A stretch of DNA of 64,000 nt, from positions 23,612-87,611 of IMG/VR virus record IMGVR_UViG_3300012016_000003, one strand, 5' to 3'. Under the pieces are notes generated by a model. The model worked only from the letters and a program-made list of their open reading frames with translations, ran no database searches and was not told the origin of the DNA. This DNA is from a virus (lineage: Duplodnaviria > Caudoviricetes). Shown here in pieces: positions 27,901-36,513 of the stretch (positions within the stretch are counted from its first letter, which is position 1; the number at the start of each line of letters is the position of its first letter). The position numbers and the translations under genes were made by a program.

Positions 27901-30103
27901 CCATGTGGTAGCCGCTTCCAAGTTCGCCACTTGAAAAGTTGTCACTACCAAAGCCATTCCTAAAGGTTGTTTCCTTGTCAAAGGTTATATAACCATAGGC
28001 AGTATCATTGTTTGTCTTTGAAAGTTTCTTTGCAAGTTCAGCCCATACATTCCTTGAATAGGTTTCACGGAGAATGGATATTACGGAAGAAAGCCTTTCA
28101 ACATCATCTACAACTTGCCCAATCTGGTTAAGGACAACCTCGATATTGTCGGTAAGTGTTATGTCATATTGTGGCAATACACCAGCACCATACTTGATAG
28201 TCAGTTGCTTTACATACAATTCAAGCGGTTGTGCCATGTTCCCAAATGCAAAGTGAACAATGGCATTAGGCTTTATTTGTGAAAGTATGTAAGTATGGGT
28301 TGCCAAGAAATACTCGTCAAACTTCAACGGATAGTCATAGTAATGCACATTGTTTTCAAGCATATATGACTTTGCAGCATCATCAAGTGCTTGCTCAGCA
28401 CCCGTGATGTATTCCACTGGCAAGGATATGCCAAGTACCACAAACTCATCGCCTTGCGTTGGAACTTGGTACACATTAGGCATTAGAGTGCCGAATGTTT
28501 CATTGTCCTTTTGAACTATAAGGCTTATTTGTGTCTGGCTGCTATCGGGATATTTCTCCCCATCCCTTACATGACCATCCCCACTAGTGGTGTGGATAAC
28601 TGGGTCGAACACACCATCGGAATTGTAAAAGTTTTTCTTATAGTCCTCCCAATCCACTTGAACATTGAACGTACAACCTATGCAAGCACCTGAACGCATA
28701 TTAATGCTCATCTGCTCCGTTATGGATGCACAAGCATAAATATCGAATGATAACAAAGGCAAATCCACCCTAAAGTAGCTTTGCAAGTAGTTCCCGTCAT
28801 CATCCATTGTGTCATCCCAAGCATCTGCTGGAGTAAGGTCTGCATTCAAAGGAACTGCACCTGCAATCTCCACACCACTGCCACTTGTATTCATTTCGGG
28901 CTTGATGTCCTCAAACTGGTGTATCTCATAGGAAGGTGCGGTTGTGTCTATGGCATTAGGGTATGGGTATTGCTCCGTAGGAACTGCATCGTAATAGTCT
29001 ATGATTTCCCCATTAGGGTTGTAGTTCGGGTTCAATGGGTTTACCTTTCTATCCACTGTTTCCCTATATACCGTAGGCATAAGGGTAGACCTTGTGAAAG
29101 GGTGCTTGATAAGCCTTACCTTTCTACCACCTACAATGCCATCGTAGATAGGATAGGAAACCGCTTGAACGCTTTTCCCATTAACGGTAATGGTTTGTAC
29201 CCCACTTGCATTATTAAGCGTGTAGTCCCATTCTTGGTTGCCTTGCCAAACAATTTGTGGATAGCCGTAAGGAATGTTACTTTCACTTCCATATCCACTT
29301 ATTCTTGTAACTATCTTGTTGTTCCTAGGTGTCCTAGAATTGTTCTTCAAGCCAACCCCTTTGCCCATCCTAAAGATGTAAGGCGTTGACTCATCCTCTT
29401 GTGTGTGGATTTCATTGCTAGGCAATCCAAGGACAACCTTAAACCTCTTGCCATCTGCATACCCTTGTTCGCCATTGCCTATAGCATCTATGACATAAGG
29501 AATCTCCCAAGTGTCATACCAAGTCTTCAAGGCATCTGCAATGGTGTTCTTGCTGAATGTAAGCACACCGCTCAACTGGGTGTCCTTATCCGTAGGAAAC
29601 CTTGAACTTTTTTCCACCATCCATTGCGTTCCTTGGAGGTTCTTGTTCAGCTTTGCTATATAGCCGTCAGGGTAGCCAATCCAAGAAAATTCCTTGTCTT
29701 GTGACAAGAACCTTTCCTCATTCTCCGTTACGGCTACATCAGTGAAAGGCAAGTTACCCAAGGCATACATGGGGTGGTAGAACACAAAGGAGTATTTTGT
29801 CATGCCCTTTAGTTCGGAATTGTCCGAAACCATACCCTCACGAACTATGGTAGGCGGGCTTACAAGAACATACCTCACGGCATCCTCATTCTCATCCTCT
29901 GGGTTTCTCTTGTAGATGATGTATTCCTTCATCGTCACATCAAGGGTGTTGTCCTTGTAGTACACATCGCCAGTAATCTTGTCACCAAGCGACATGACAA
30001 CACTATCCACAACGGCTTTCCTCAAGACAAGCCCGTGGAATGATGTGCCATCCTCATTGTATATCGGGAATGTTATGTTTCTGCCTAATTTCTCTTCAGC
30101 CAT
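24956..30103 (-). CDS. Tail tip / baseplate hub protein with internal repeats
   Basis: KNNSRTPRNNKIVTRISGYGSESNIPYGYP phage tail motif. Likely start is ATG30103, just after a promoter. Confidence 0.72.
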   Translation of the reverse strand: MAEEKLGRNITFPIYNEDGTSFHGLVLRKAVVDSVVMSLGDKITGDVYYKDNTLDVTMKEYIIYKRNPEDENEDAVRYVLVSPPTIVREGMVSDNSELKGMTKYSFVFYHPMYALGNLPFTDVAVTENEERFLSQDKEFSWIGYPDGYIAKLNKNLQGTQWMVEKSSRFPTDKDTQLSGVLTFSKNTIADALKTWYDTWEIPYVIDAIGNGEQGYADGKRFKVVLGLPSNEIHTQEDESTPYIFRMGKGVGLKNNSRTPRNNKIVTRISGYGSESNIPYGYPQIVWQGNQEWDYTLNNASGVQTITVNGKSVQAVSYPIYDGIVGGRKVRLIKHPFTRSTLMPTVYRETVDRKVNPLNPNYNPNGEIIDYYDAVPTEQYPYPNAIDTTAPSYEIHQFEDIKPEMNTSGSGVEIAGAVPLNADLTPADAWDDTMDDDGNYLQSYFRVDLPLLSFDIYACASITEQMSINMRSGACIGCTFNVQVDWEDYKKNFYNSDGVFDPVIHTTSGDGHVRDGEKYPDSSQTQISLIVQKDNETFGTLMPNVYQVPTQGDEFVVLGISLPVEYITGAEQALDDAAKSYMLENNVHYYDYPLKFDEYFLATHTYILSQIKPNAIVHFAFGNMAQPLELYVKQLTIKYGAGVLPQYDITLTDNIEVVLNQIGQVVDDVERLSSVISILRETYSRNVWAELAKKLSKTNNDTAYGYITFDKETTFRNGFGSDNFSSGELGSGYHMGKYGNTNDSYLEIDRLMVRKMAYFIELAIKRLDHVGGSIGVSPADLTISNVEVLDDVYRCYVDLTDGHSTININDWQVGDLARCQTFNVNQATYYWRAVDNVDYQNGYVDLSIEDCDAGSGIPKRGDVLVVVGNKTDATRQNFIEISSTGSSSPSIKIYHGINDYSLVDKDATSFEYDPTTGRMKMVVYGDMYVGDRLQTNYIKYDQDGGLNIRANHFDFRHTGKDGQVSYKTIDEVIEEIASQSDGSFLVWRSETYGEPSADSEPESEWTTDEVRDEHVGDIYLSADGLAWEYKYNPVSGYFWQEVSDQYLIESLRLVREKARCFAGTYGTDTPTSGDYSKNDLWVKATYQNSYTNDLLVCIRNGSWDSFNIADWALAANYSTQIQNALTAINTFKTEVQRQVDGKADSYYQADDPSEGWTEPSEHVGDLWYNTNDKTSSVWNGEEWVESSVDLTPFTQKYDRKASIFYGTPTVPYNAHDFWILDDTVKIDYQDGSKTYTAGTILVSLATRTDRFYDTDWVDILKYTDGKALQVFIENTYTPFVQEISEQLDGVAESFVTTSDADPSLAWTTPELKANHKGDIWVNEDTGLSYYWNGEKWIQSSISLEELTDKTDGKATIFIAKPENKRTNADGEIIDDGYLYRKNDLWILSADTTLNGTLYEKGTIMVATTSNNGSTFNEAHWAKKDCYTNGMSDGDKQVFREAGFDWDAREFHFYADKFFFRNRNTTNPKDIAIIQEDADGNGYIRTDMIKASELITQTVIATDVNGRVLSKYNGNGNGTVVYYYPDGTKMKEDVFIYNSSGVITGMRTYYYNPDGSVAWYITETGVITNTLAYYWESLGSKGVVVVSSATAYSTLANTVSNGQWATRVPTTSARQISVFHADSTNPSTIRQYDGLTCYGNYENESPTDSTVAANHVTGYVAYETTVQTDARFVNSSGQMRKGYHFGFYNDGYCDAPDAYFACIDGTVWDNESEEQLA

Positions 30104-30483
30104 CTTGTAAGTTTGATAAATACAAAGATAATACAAAGGATTGAAAGTAACAAGGAAAACTTGTAGATTTTGGGAACTCTTGTAACCTCCTTCACATTTT
30201 CCTTATATTCCACAACAATGCTGTCACGCCAGCAAGTGTCATGCCTTTCAACCACACGGTCACGCCACCTTGTCTTTTCTACATATTTAGTCCTCCATAT
30301 TGTGTCGCCCTTTGCAAGAACCTCCAAATATATACTATCCCTTGTGTTGTTTATCAAGGTGTCATGTATGGTGTTCGTTATATAGCGGTTTACATCTCGG
30401 TCACGATACTCAATCCTTGTCCTTGTGGCACAAGCGGCCAGTAAGAACAAGGAAAGAAAAGCTATAATGGTGGCATTCCTCAT
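30085..30483 (-). CDS. Lipoprotein, spanin-like lysis protein
   Basis: Signal peptide with lipobox LAAC, a C-terminal TM, and position after the lysin. Confidence 0.65.
   Translation of the reverse strand: MRNATIIAFLSLFLLAACATRTRIEYRDRDVNRYITNTIHDTLINNTRDSIYLEVLAKGDTIWRTKYVEKTRWRDRVVERHDTCWRDSIVVEYKENVKEVTRVPKIYKFSLLLSILCIIFVFIKLTRWLKRN
30123..30130 (-). promoter_or_regulatory. Bacteroidota -7 promoter element
   Basis: TATCTTTG on the minus strand, about 20 nt upstream of ATG30103. Confidence 0.55.
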
Positions 30484-30492
30484 GGTATCATA

Positions 30493-30645
30493 TTATTTTA
30501 TGGTTATATGCACACTTTCCCCACGTTTCTTTGCTGGGGTGAAGTATTTGTTCATTAGCATTATGAATGTGGTCTTTGATTCAGTAACCATGCCCTTTGT
30601 CGTGTTTTTTCCAACCAACAAACAACCTTCGGTATCGTCAATAAC
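30493..30645 (-). CDS. DUF5675-type lysin, 3' segment (VIDDTEGCLLVG...ITIK)
   Basis: Carries the DTEGC(L/I)LVG half of the HxGN-x3-DTxGC motif; lies within ORF 30493..30747. Confidence 0.8.
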   Translation of the reverse strand, partial: VIDDTEGCLLVGKNTTKGMVTESKTTFIMLMNKYFTPAKKRGESVHITIK

Positions 30646-31632
30646 CCTATTTATAGTATAGCTGCCATATTGTGCTTTGATACTATACTTTCCTCTTGGC
30701 AGTGAGATGCCATATTTACTTTCTAGTTCACTTCTGCTTATTTTCATTACGCATCTTTTTTATTTCACATATTGTTTTACCTAGAACAAGCATTTCATGG
30801 TATGAAAAGTTGTTACCTCTTGCGACATTGCAATCATAACAACAAACAACCACATTGTCTTTTGTATGACCTCTCGAATTGTCAATTCTATCAAGCCCAA
30901 GTCTTGTAGTGTCGCCACAATAATGGCATTTCCCATTCATTATTTTTTCTTGTAGCCATTGATTGTCTATATCACACTCAAACCCTTTCTTTTTGTCTTT
31001 AAGCCTATATTGAGAAAGCATTTTTGAAACTTTGTCTTTCCTTTTTTGCTCGCTAGACAATTCATTTATGTCGGTTATAACACCTGCAAGGTTCTTATTC
31101 TTTCCGAAAAGAATTTGTTCTATGGTATAGTTCTTTCCCTTAAAGAATCTTTGCCTTACGCCTTGGTAGTTTAAGTCATATTGCTCACACCATTCTACAA
31201 GGGTTTTAGTTTCTCCATTATAGGTTAGCTTAGCAAGCTTGCTAATGTTTTCAAGACCTTTCTCCACCCATTCACAATTATCCTTGCTATATGGCTTTGA
31301 TTTGTCCTTTCTGCATAGAATCATACCTTTAGACCAACCTGCGGAAGTGTCCTTGTCAAAGTTTTCAAAAAACTTCCACTCTTCGGGAAAACCTATAGAC
31401 TGCCCTTTCTTTGTATTAACAACGGAACGCCAAGAGTTGTATTTACTCCCTTTGCTCCTATCATAGCCTTTATAGTCAGCCCTTGATTTCCAAGATAAAG
31501 ACAAGGCTTGTGATTTCGTTAATCCTTCATACTTTTTTGCTGTCATATAACTTCTACATATTCTTCCGTTTGTAACAATGGCTTTCCGCTTGGAATGTTT
31601 AACCTTTTGTAAAATTCCTCATATCCAGCCCT
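30646..31632 (-). mobile_element. Intron-like insertion (984-987 nt) inside the lysin gene
   Basis: Separates the two halves of the lysin motif; AATAGGG direct repeat at both ends; contains an HNH ORF. Confidence 0.75.
30728..31546 (-). CDS. HNH (His-Me finger) homing endonuclease
   Basis: CHYCG...LDRIDNSRGHTKDNVVVCCYDCN at the C-terminus, a degenerate HNH-like N-terminal part, and an LTYNGETKTLVEW helix. Confidence 0.82.
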   Translation of the reverse strand: MTAKKYEGLTKSQALSLSWKSRADYKGYDRSKGSKYNSWRSVVNTKKGQSIGFPEEWKFFENFDKDTSAGWSKGMILCRKDKSKPYSKDNCEWVEKGLENISKLAKLTYNGETKTLVEWCEQYDLNYQGVRQRFFKGKNYTIEQILFGKNKNLAGVITDINELSSEQKRKDKVSKMLSQYRLKDKKKGFECDIDNQWLQEKIMNGKCHYCGDTTRLGLDRIDNSRGHTKDNVVVCCYDCNVARGNNFSYHEMLVLGKTICEIKKMRNENKQK

Positions 31633-31923
31633 ATTCCCGATATGGATTCTTACACCCTTGAAGTTAGGTACATTGTTTATCAAAGGCACACACCCCTTGC
31701 AAACCGTCTTGTAGGGTTCTTTTGCACCGAATCTTTGTGAATAGTTGTTCAACAAGACTTCATATCTGCCGCAAGGAATGGCAGTCTTTCCAGCCACTTT
31801 TGAACCACCGAAGTAAATCCTATCGTAGTCCTCAAGTACATCGCAAACATAGATGTTGTCTATATATAGCCTACCTATAGTATAAGTAGGCTTTCTTGCT
31901 ATACGTTTAAGTACGAGTTCCAT
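31633..31923 (-). CDS. DUF5675-type lysin, 5' segment (MELVLKRIA...RIHIGN)
   Basis: TIGRLYID, CDVLED, TAIPCGRY, VPNFKGVRIHIGN motifs; the frame reads on to TGA at 31543. Confidence 0.82.
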
Positions 31924-31925
31924 TC

Positions 31926-32297
31926 CTATTCCTCCTTTCCGTGTTTCTTGCTTTTGTTCGTCAAAGACTCAATCCTTCTTCCTTGTCTAGCCATCTCTTT
32001 CCTTATGTCAAGTATGGTGTTTTCAAGTTCGTTTATCTTTAGCCTAAGTTCACGGTTTTCCTTTCTTAGTTCCTCATTTTCCCTTCTTAGCAAGTCCCTA
32101 TCATTCCTTATGAACTCACAAGACTTTTCAAGGTCTGCTATGGTGTTTTGGTACACGTGTTGTTGTGCCTCCCACCCTACTGCTTCGGCTTGTGTCGCCT
32201 CACCCTCATTCTTACGTTTGTAGGCACGATAGGTAAAAAGCCATCCAGTGCCTAGAATGAGTGTTGCCATTGAAAGTATAAATTCCAACCATCCCAT
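31926..32297 (-). CDS. Holin-like protein (N-terminal TM plus coiled coil)
   Basis: Single TM followed by heptad repeats; first gene of the lysis cassette. Confidence 0.55.
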   Translation of the reverse strand: MGWLEFILSMATLILGTGWLFTYRAYKRKNEGEATQAEAVGWEAQQHVYQNTIADLEKSCEFIRNDRDLLRRENEELRKENRELRLKINELENTILDIRKEMARQGRRIESLTNKSKKHGKEE

Positions 32298-32317
32298 ATT
32301 TTTCCCTCCTATACTTT

Positions 32318-33841
32318 CTATGACATTCCAGTCTTTACTCGGTTATCAACTATCTCGTCACTTCGGTTTACACTTATATTGTTTGCCGTTTGTGCATTGC
32401 TTTCTATCTGGCTGGAGTCTAGAGGTATCAAAGCACCCCGTTCTTCCATGATACGCTCAACCTCATTAGGTGCTGCATCAGGTGACTTTTCAATGATTGT
32501 CTTCATAGACAGCCACTTGGCTTCCATTGAAAGGTTGGTAATCTTTGTATTGTTTGTTTCAAGTGACCAAGGAACAATCTTTGCACCTACACGCAACTTT
32601 GCATACTTGTTCATTCCGTTTGTTTCCAAGTCCAAACCCTCTTGGAACAAGTAGAACATATCATTGACGAACTTTTTCCAATCCATAGCCGATTGTGTTG
32701 CAAGTGCATAGTCATTAGACATGGCAAGCGCAATACCATTTCCGCCACTGTTTGTAGTGGTTATATCCTTCGGTGTGATGAACGATGTAGAACTGAAAAG
32801 AGAAATCTTTTCTTCCAATGTCTTGAGGTAGCCATCCATTGTCTGCGGCTCTGGGAACTGCAATACCTTTGCATCTTGCTTTCCGTTTGTTGTATCGCTT
32901 GAAAGGTTTATGATAAGTGTGGAACTGTCACGCTTGAAGCTGTCACTATCCATCTCACCCCAAAAGGCAAGTGCGAATGTACCGAACCTCTTCAATGCTA
33001 TTGCAGCAATGTTTGCCATAAGTTCCCACATCTCTATGCTTGTTTCGGCATACTCCCAAGCAACCTTTCCACGCTTTGTAAGCAAAGGACAGCGTGAAAA
33101 TCCGTGCAGTTCACTTGTAATCTCCCAACCAGTGCCGTTTGTTTCACTTTGCACAATCCTATAGTGCTTGCGCTTATCGTATGTGTCAATGACCGTCTTG
33201 TCATCAACTTGGTAAGCCAAGGAACGTGCAATCTCTATCCCATACTCATCATAGTTAGGGATTATTTGATACCCGTCCTCATAGCTGTAGCTTGTTACCA
33301 CACATTCATTTGCGCTATTGTCATAGCTGAAAAGAATGCCGCAGTTTCCCGTTTGCTTGCAGGCATTGATGGCACGTGCAAGCCAATAGTCCATATTGCG
33401 CCAAGCCCAAGCAGCCTTGGCTTCCTCAAAGGCTTTCATGCCGCCTTGCTCTACATCAGGTAGGCAAAGGTTAAACTCCAATGGGTTGTTTGTCAGTGAA
33501 CGCACATGGGCGGAGTGTATCAACTTTTGGAATGATGCGGTCTGGGTCAACTCAATCATCCCGCTTGGCATCTCACATCCGTCAAAACAAACCTTGATGT
33601 GCGGTATGGTCTTGTTCATTATGATGTGGTGCAAGCTAGGGTTGTATTCCGTAAGATAGGTGTCTTGCGAAATAGGGTGCAGTTCCAAATTGGTAAAGCC
33701 TACGTCAAGCATGGTGTTGCACAAGATACCATCCGACTCATACCCTTGTGGATTCTTGTGCCCCCCACGTGTGAAGGGTTTCATCTTCAAGAGCCTTGTA
33801 GGGTCACTTAGATACCAATTTATGTTCTTTTTCCTAATCAT
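32318..33841 (-). CDS. Portal protein
   Basis: 507 aa, directly after the terminase; SGNGIALAM and WSLETNN segments resemble SPP1-type portals. Confidence 0.7.
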   Translation of the reverse strand: MIRKKNINWYLSDPTRLLKMKPFTRGGHKNPQGYESDGILCNTMLDVGFTNLELHPISQDTYLTEYNPSLHHIIMNKTIPHIKVCFDGCEMPSGMIELTQTASFQKLIHSAHVRSLTNNPLEFNLCLPDVEQGGMKAFEEAKAAWAWRNMDYWLARAINACKQTGNCGILFSYDNSANECVVTSYSYEDGYQIIPNYDEYGIEIARSLAYQVDDKTVIDTYDKRKHYRIVQSETNGTGWEITSELHGFSRCPLLTKRGKVAWEYAETSIEMWELMANIAAIALKRFGTFALAFWGEMDSDSFKRDSSTLIINLSSDTTNGKQDAKVLQFPEPQTMDGYLKTLEEKISLFSSTSFITPKDITTTNSGGNGIALAMSNDYALATQSAMDWKKFVNDMFYLFQEGLDLETNGMNKYAKLRVGAKIVPWSLETNNTKITNLSMEAKWLSMKTIIEKSPDAAPNEVERIMEERGALIPLDSSQIESNAQTANNISVNRSDEIVDNRVKTGMS

Positions 33842-33848
33842 TTTTCTT

Positions 33849-35624
33849 TTATATGTTGCTTAATATGTTCAAAATGTCACTCGCATTGCGTATCTTCTTT
33901 ACACGATGTATTCTTGTGTCAACCATATCTTGACCACCGTTCACATTTAACAATACAAGCATGTCATCGGCTTGCACACGCTTTCGCATTATTCCAGCAT
34001 CCTCCTTTAGCATCCTATGGCAATCATAGATAAAGCCACCGCAGACAAGGATTATGTTATCCATAAGGTCGGGTGACATTCCCTTCAAAAGCTGCTTCAT
34101 CTTTTCCTTTGCCATCATCTCCAGCCTTCCATTTGGTGTCTTTGTGAACTGGAATATCTTGCTTTCAAAAATCATGTGCTTTAATATCGTTGTACCGCCT
34201 TGCCTTTTCATGTTCTTGTGGTTGTAGTGCATCTCTGCCAACCTCGGTTCATAGTGTATCAACCCCGATTGTATCATTTCCATAGCCACATGACCAGCCT
34301 CATCCTTCATTGTCTTAAACTGAGCCTTACCTCTATTTGATGGTGTAGTAGCACCACTGAAGTGCATCGCACGTGGGAAACAGTCACTCAAAAAGCCAAA
34401 TCCTTGAACATCCAAGACCATCTCTTTTTCTTGCAATCGGTGCTTGTCACGGAACTGCATAGCCATTATCACAGCATCACGGTTGTTATTGTGCATGGAG
34501 TATTTTATATCACGGCAAAGGAAACCATATCCAGACCAAAGTTCCCAATACTTGAATATGAGGTTGTCAAATCCAGTAGTAGCCATATCCATAGTCATGA
34601 ACCTCTTCAAAAGTTGGCTGTCATGGGGAACTTCACTAGGTCGGAACATTCGTTCTATATCCATAGTTGTAAGTTCCACATTGCTTAAATCTTCCTCTTC
34701 TTTTTCATCCTCAATGGAATAGTTCCAGTTCACTTGATATGCAGACGCTGCCGTAGCTGCATTTGCAGCAAGTCCTCGGTAGCTTTTGTTCTTTGCCAAC
34801 ATCTTCTTGTTGTCACGCACATCAAAGGTAAAGAATGCCATAGAAAGAATGAAGTCCTCATAGGACATATCGGGGTCTACACTCAAAAGGCTGTCTATAT
34901 GGTCTTTGCATTTCTCATAGACCTCCTTCTTTGTCCTTCCCCATACGGCTTTCTCGTAGTCACCGTTAGGCATGCAGAAGAACATGACAACGCCATCCAT
35001 AGACTTGTCTACAGTACCGTCATCATTTATCCATCCACCGCCATGTGCCCCTTTACCACACATTTTGCGCATAAAGCATTCACGCTCAGGGTTTTGTGCA
35101 AGGAATATCTGCGCCTTGCCCGATGTGTCACTACGAAGACGTGGGAAGAATGAGGAAATGGTGCGCCAAAGGAACTTGTTGCACTCATCAAATATAAGTT
35201 TCTTTGCTTGAAGACCCTTTGCAATCTTATCAATCACGATTGGGCTTTCATTGTCTAGCTGCTGGAACTTTATTTCCGAACCATTGTATAGCTTTAGACC
35301 CATATCCGTCTGGTTACGGATGATTTCGCCTATAGGGTCATGGGGCTGCCTTTTGATTGTTCGGTCTATCAAAGGGTACATTTTCTTTAGCGTATCGTTC
35401 ACTTTTCCAGCACCCCAGAAGTCACTCACGTTACGCATGAAGCAGACAATCTTTGCATTGTCATTGCCAGCCAAGTATTCAATAGGGGCATAGTATAGGG
35501 CTACGGACTTACCGCCACCAGTACCACCCGTGAAGCACACGATGTCGGCATTTGAACGGATAGCTAGCCTTTGGTTGCCATCCTCAAGCGGTGCTAACAC
35601 TATGTCATTCCTTTTCCTTGCCAT
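33849..35624 (-). CDS. terL: Terminase large subunit
   Basis: Walker A GGTGGGKS, Walker B LIFDE, coupling motif LAQNP, nuclease DMATTGFD and SPDLMD. Likely start ATG35624. Confidence 0.88.
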   Translation of the reverse strand: MARKRNDIVLAPLEDGNQRLAIRSNADIVCFTGGTGGGKSVALYYAPIEYLAGNDNAKIVCFMRNVSDFWGAGKVNDTLKKMYPLIDRTIKRQPHDPIGEIIRNQTDMGLKLYNGSEIKFQQLDNESPIVIDKIAKGLQAKKLIFDECNKFLWRTISSFFPRLRSDTSGKAQIFLAQNPERECFMRKMCGKGAHGGGWINDDGTVDKSMDGVVMFFCMPNGDYEKAVWGRTKKEVYEKCKDHIDSLLSVDPDMSYEDFILSMAFFTFDVRDNKKMLAKNKSYRGLAANAATAASAYQVNWNYSIEDEKEEEDLSNVELTTMDIERMFRPSEVPHDSQLLKRFMTMDMATTGFDNLIFKYWELWSGYGFLCRDIKYSMHNNNRDAVIMAMQFRDKHRLQEKEMVLDVQGFGFLSDCFPRAMHFSGATTPSNRGKAQFKTMKDEAGHVAMEMIQSGLIHYEPRLAEMHYNHKNMKRQGGTTILKHMIFESKIFQFTKTPNGRLEMMAKEKMKQLLKGMSPDLMDNIILVCGGFIYDCHRMLKEDAGIMRKRVQADDMLVLLNVNGGQDMVDTRIHRVKKIRNASDILNILSNI

Positions 35625-35670
35625 CCCTACCTTTGCATTAAAAACTCGGCTTATTAATAATTTCTTTTTG

Positions 35671-35700
35671 CAAAGATACACATTGAAAATGTGTTACAAA
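35671..35700 (-). promoter_or_regulatory. Promoter for the leftward late operon
   Basis: TTTG, 18-nt spacer, TATCTTTG on the minus strand. Confidence 0.65.
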
Positions 35701-35787
35701 TTCACACTATAATTAAATGTTGTTTCAAACAAGGTGTTTTAATCTATAGTTCACTTATTAAGTATTTTTATAGTTTTTCTTTATTGT

Positions 35788-35795
35788 TAAATTTG
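35788..35795 (+). promoter_or_regulatory. -7 element for the rightward head/tail operon
   Basis: TAAATTTG about 57 nt before the scaffold ATG. Confidence 0.55.
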
Positions 35796-35852
35796 TGCCC
35801 AAACAAAAAGAAATTTGTTTTAACAATTTTAAAAACTTAATAGTAGAAAACT

Positions 35853-36488
35853 ATGACAAAAGAAGAAGCTTTGCAGAAAGTAAATGACTATTGTAACGAG
35901 AAAAGTTACACTAATGCGACACTCACGGATGGGTTCAAGGAAAAGTTTGCCGAACATCTAGCCAAGCGTTATCCTGATGCAAGTGCAGATGATGAAACGG
36001 CTATCGGTGACATGAAGTTTGCACTTAATTCTGCTTTCAGTGGTGCAAGCCTTATCATTACCGAAAAGAACAACGCCTTTGCATCGAAAGAAAACGATTA
36101 CAAGAACCAAATCGCTGAGTTGAACAAGAAGATTGAGGGAAACGTGACCCCACCGCCAACACTTGAACTTCCAAAGGATGTGAAAGAAAAGCTTGAAAGA
36201 CTTGAACAGTTCCAGATTGCCGAGAACAAGCAGAAAAAATACACATCCGTAATGGAACTTGCAAAGAAAGGCGTAAGGGAAGACCTTTTGACAAGCTTTA
36301 CGGCTTTCGTGAAGGACTTTGACGTAGACCTCAACAAAGAGGATAAGGAACAAGCTGACAAGTGGGTGGAGAAATTCCAAGAGGTAATGAAACCTTCCTT
36401 TGGTAGTATCAAGCCTCTAGCACCACAGGCAACGCAGAAACGTGACGAAGAGTTTGTAAGTTCCTTGCCTAAAATAAAGGTACAATAA
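35853..36488 (+). CDS. Capsid scaffolding protein
   Basis: Charged helical/coiled-coil protein upstream of the capsid genes. Confidence 0.6.
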   Translation: MTKEEALQKVNDYCNEKSYTNATLTDGFKEKFAEHLAKRYPDASADDETAIGDMKFALNSAFSGASLIITEKNNAFASKENDYKNQIAELNKKIEGNVTPPPTLELPKDVKEKLERLEQFQIAENKQKKYTSVMELAKKGVREDLLTSFTAFVKDFDVDLNKEDKEQADKWVEKFQEVMKPSFGSIKPLAPQATQKRDEEFVSSLPKIKVQ

Positions 36489-36513
36489 CATTTAATAACT
36501 AAAAAGGAAAAAT

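Noticed and set aside
13836-30136. Diversity-generating retroelement or invertase shufflon acting on tail genes
   Set aside because: No reverse transcriptase, no TR/VR pair differing at adenines, and no recombinase or inverted cassette seen.
30646-31632. Canonical group I or group II intron, or translational bypass, in the lysin gene
   Set aside because: Too little non-ORF sequence for a group I core, and no P7 or domain V could be built. Bypassing is unlikely because no stop follows the AGG take-off codon and the gap is about 1 kb. Kept only as an intron-like element.
35625-35681. Annotated N-terminal extensions of terminase and of the tail tip gene (30104-30136)
   Set aside because: They overlap the promoter elements; internal ATGs fit better.
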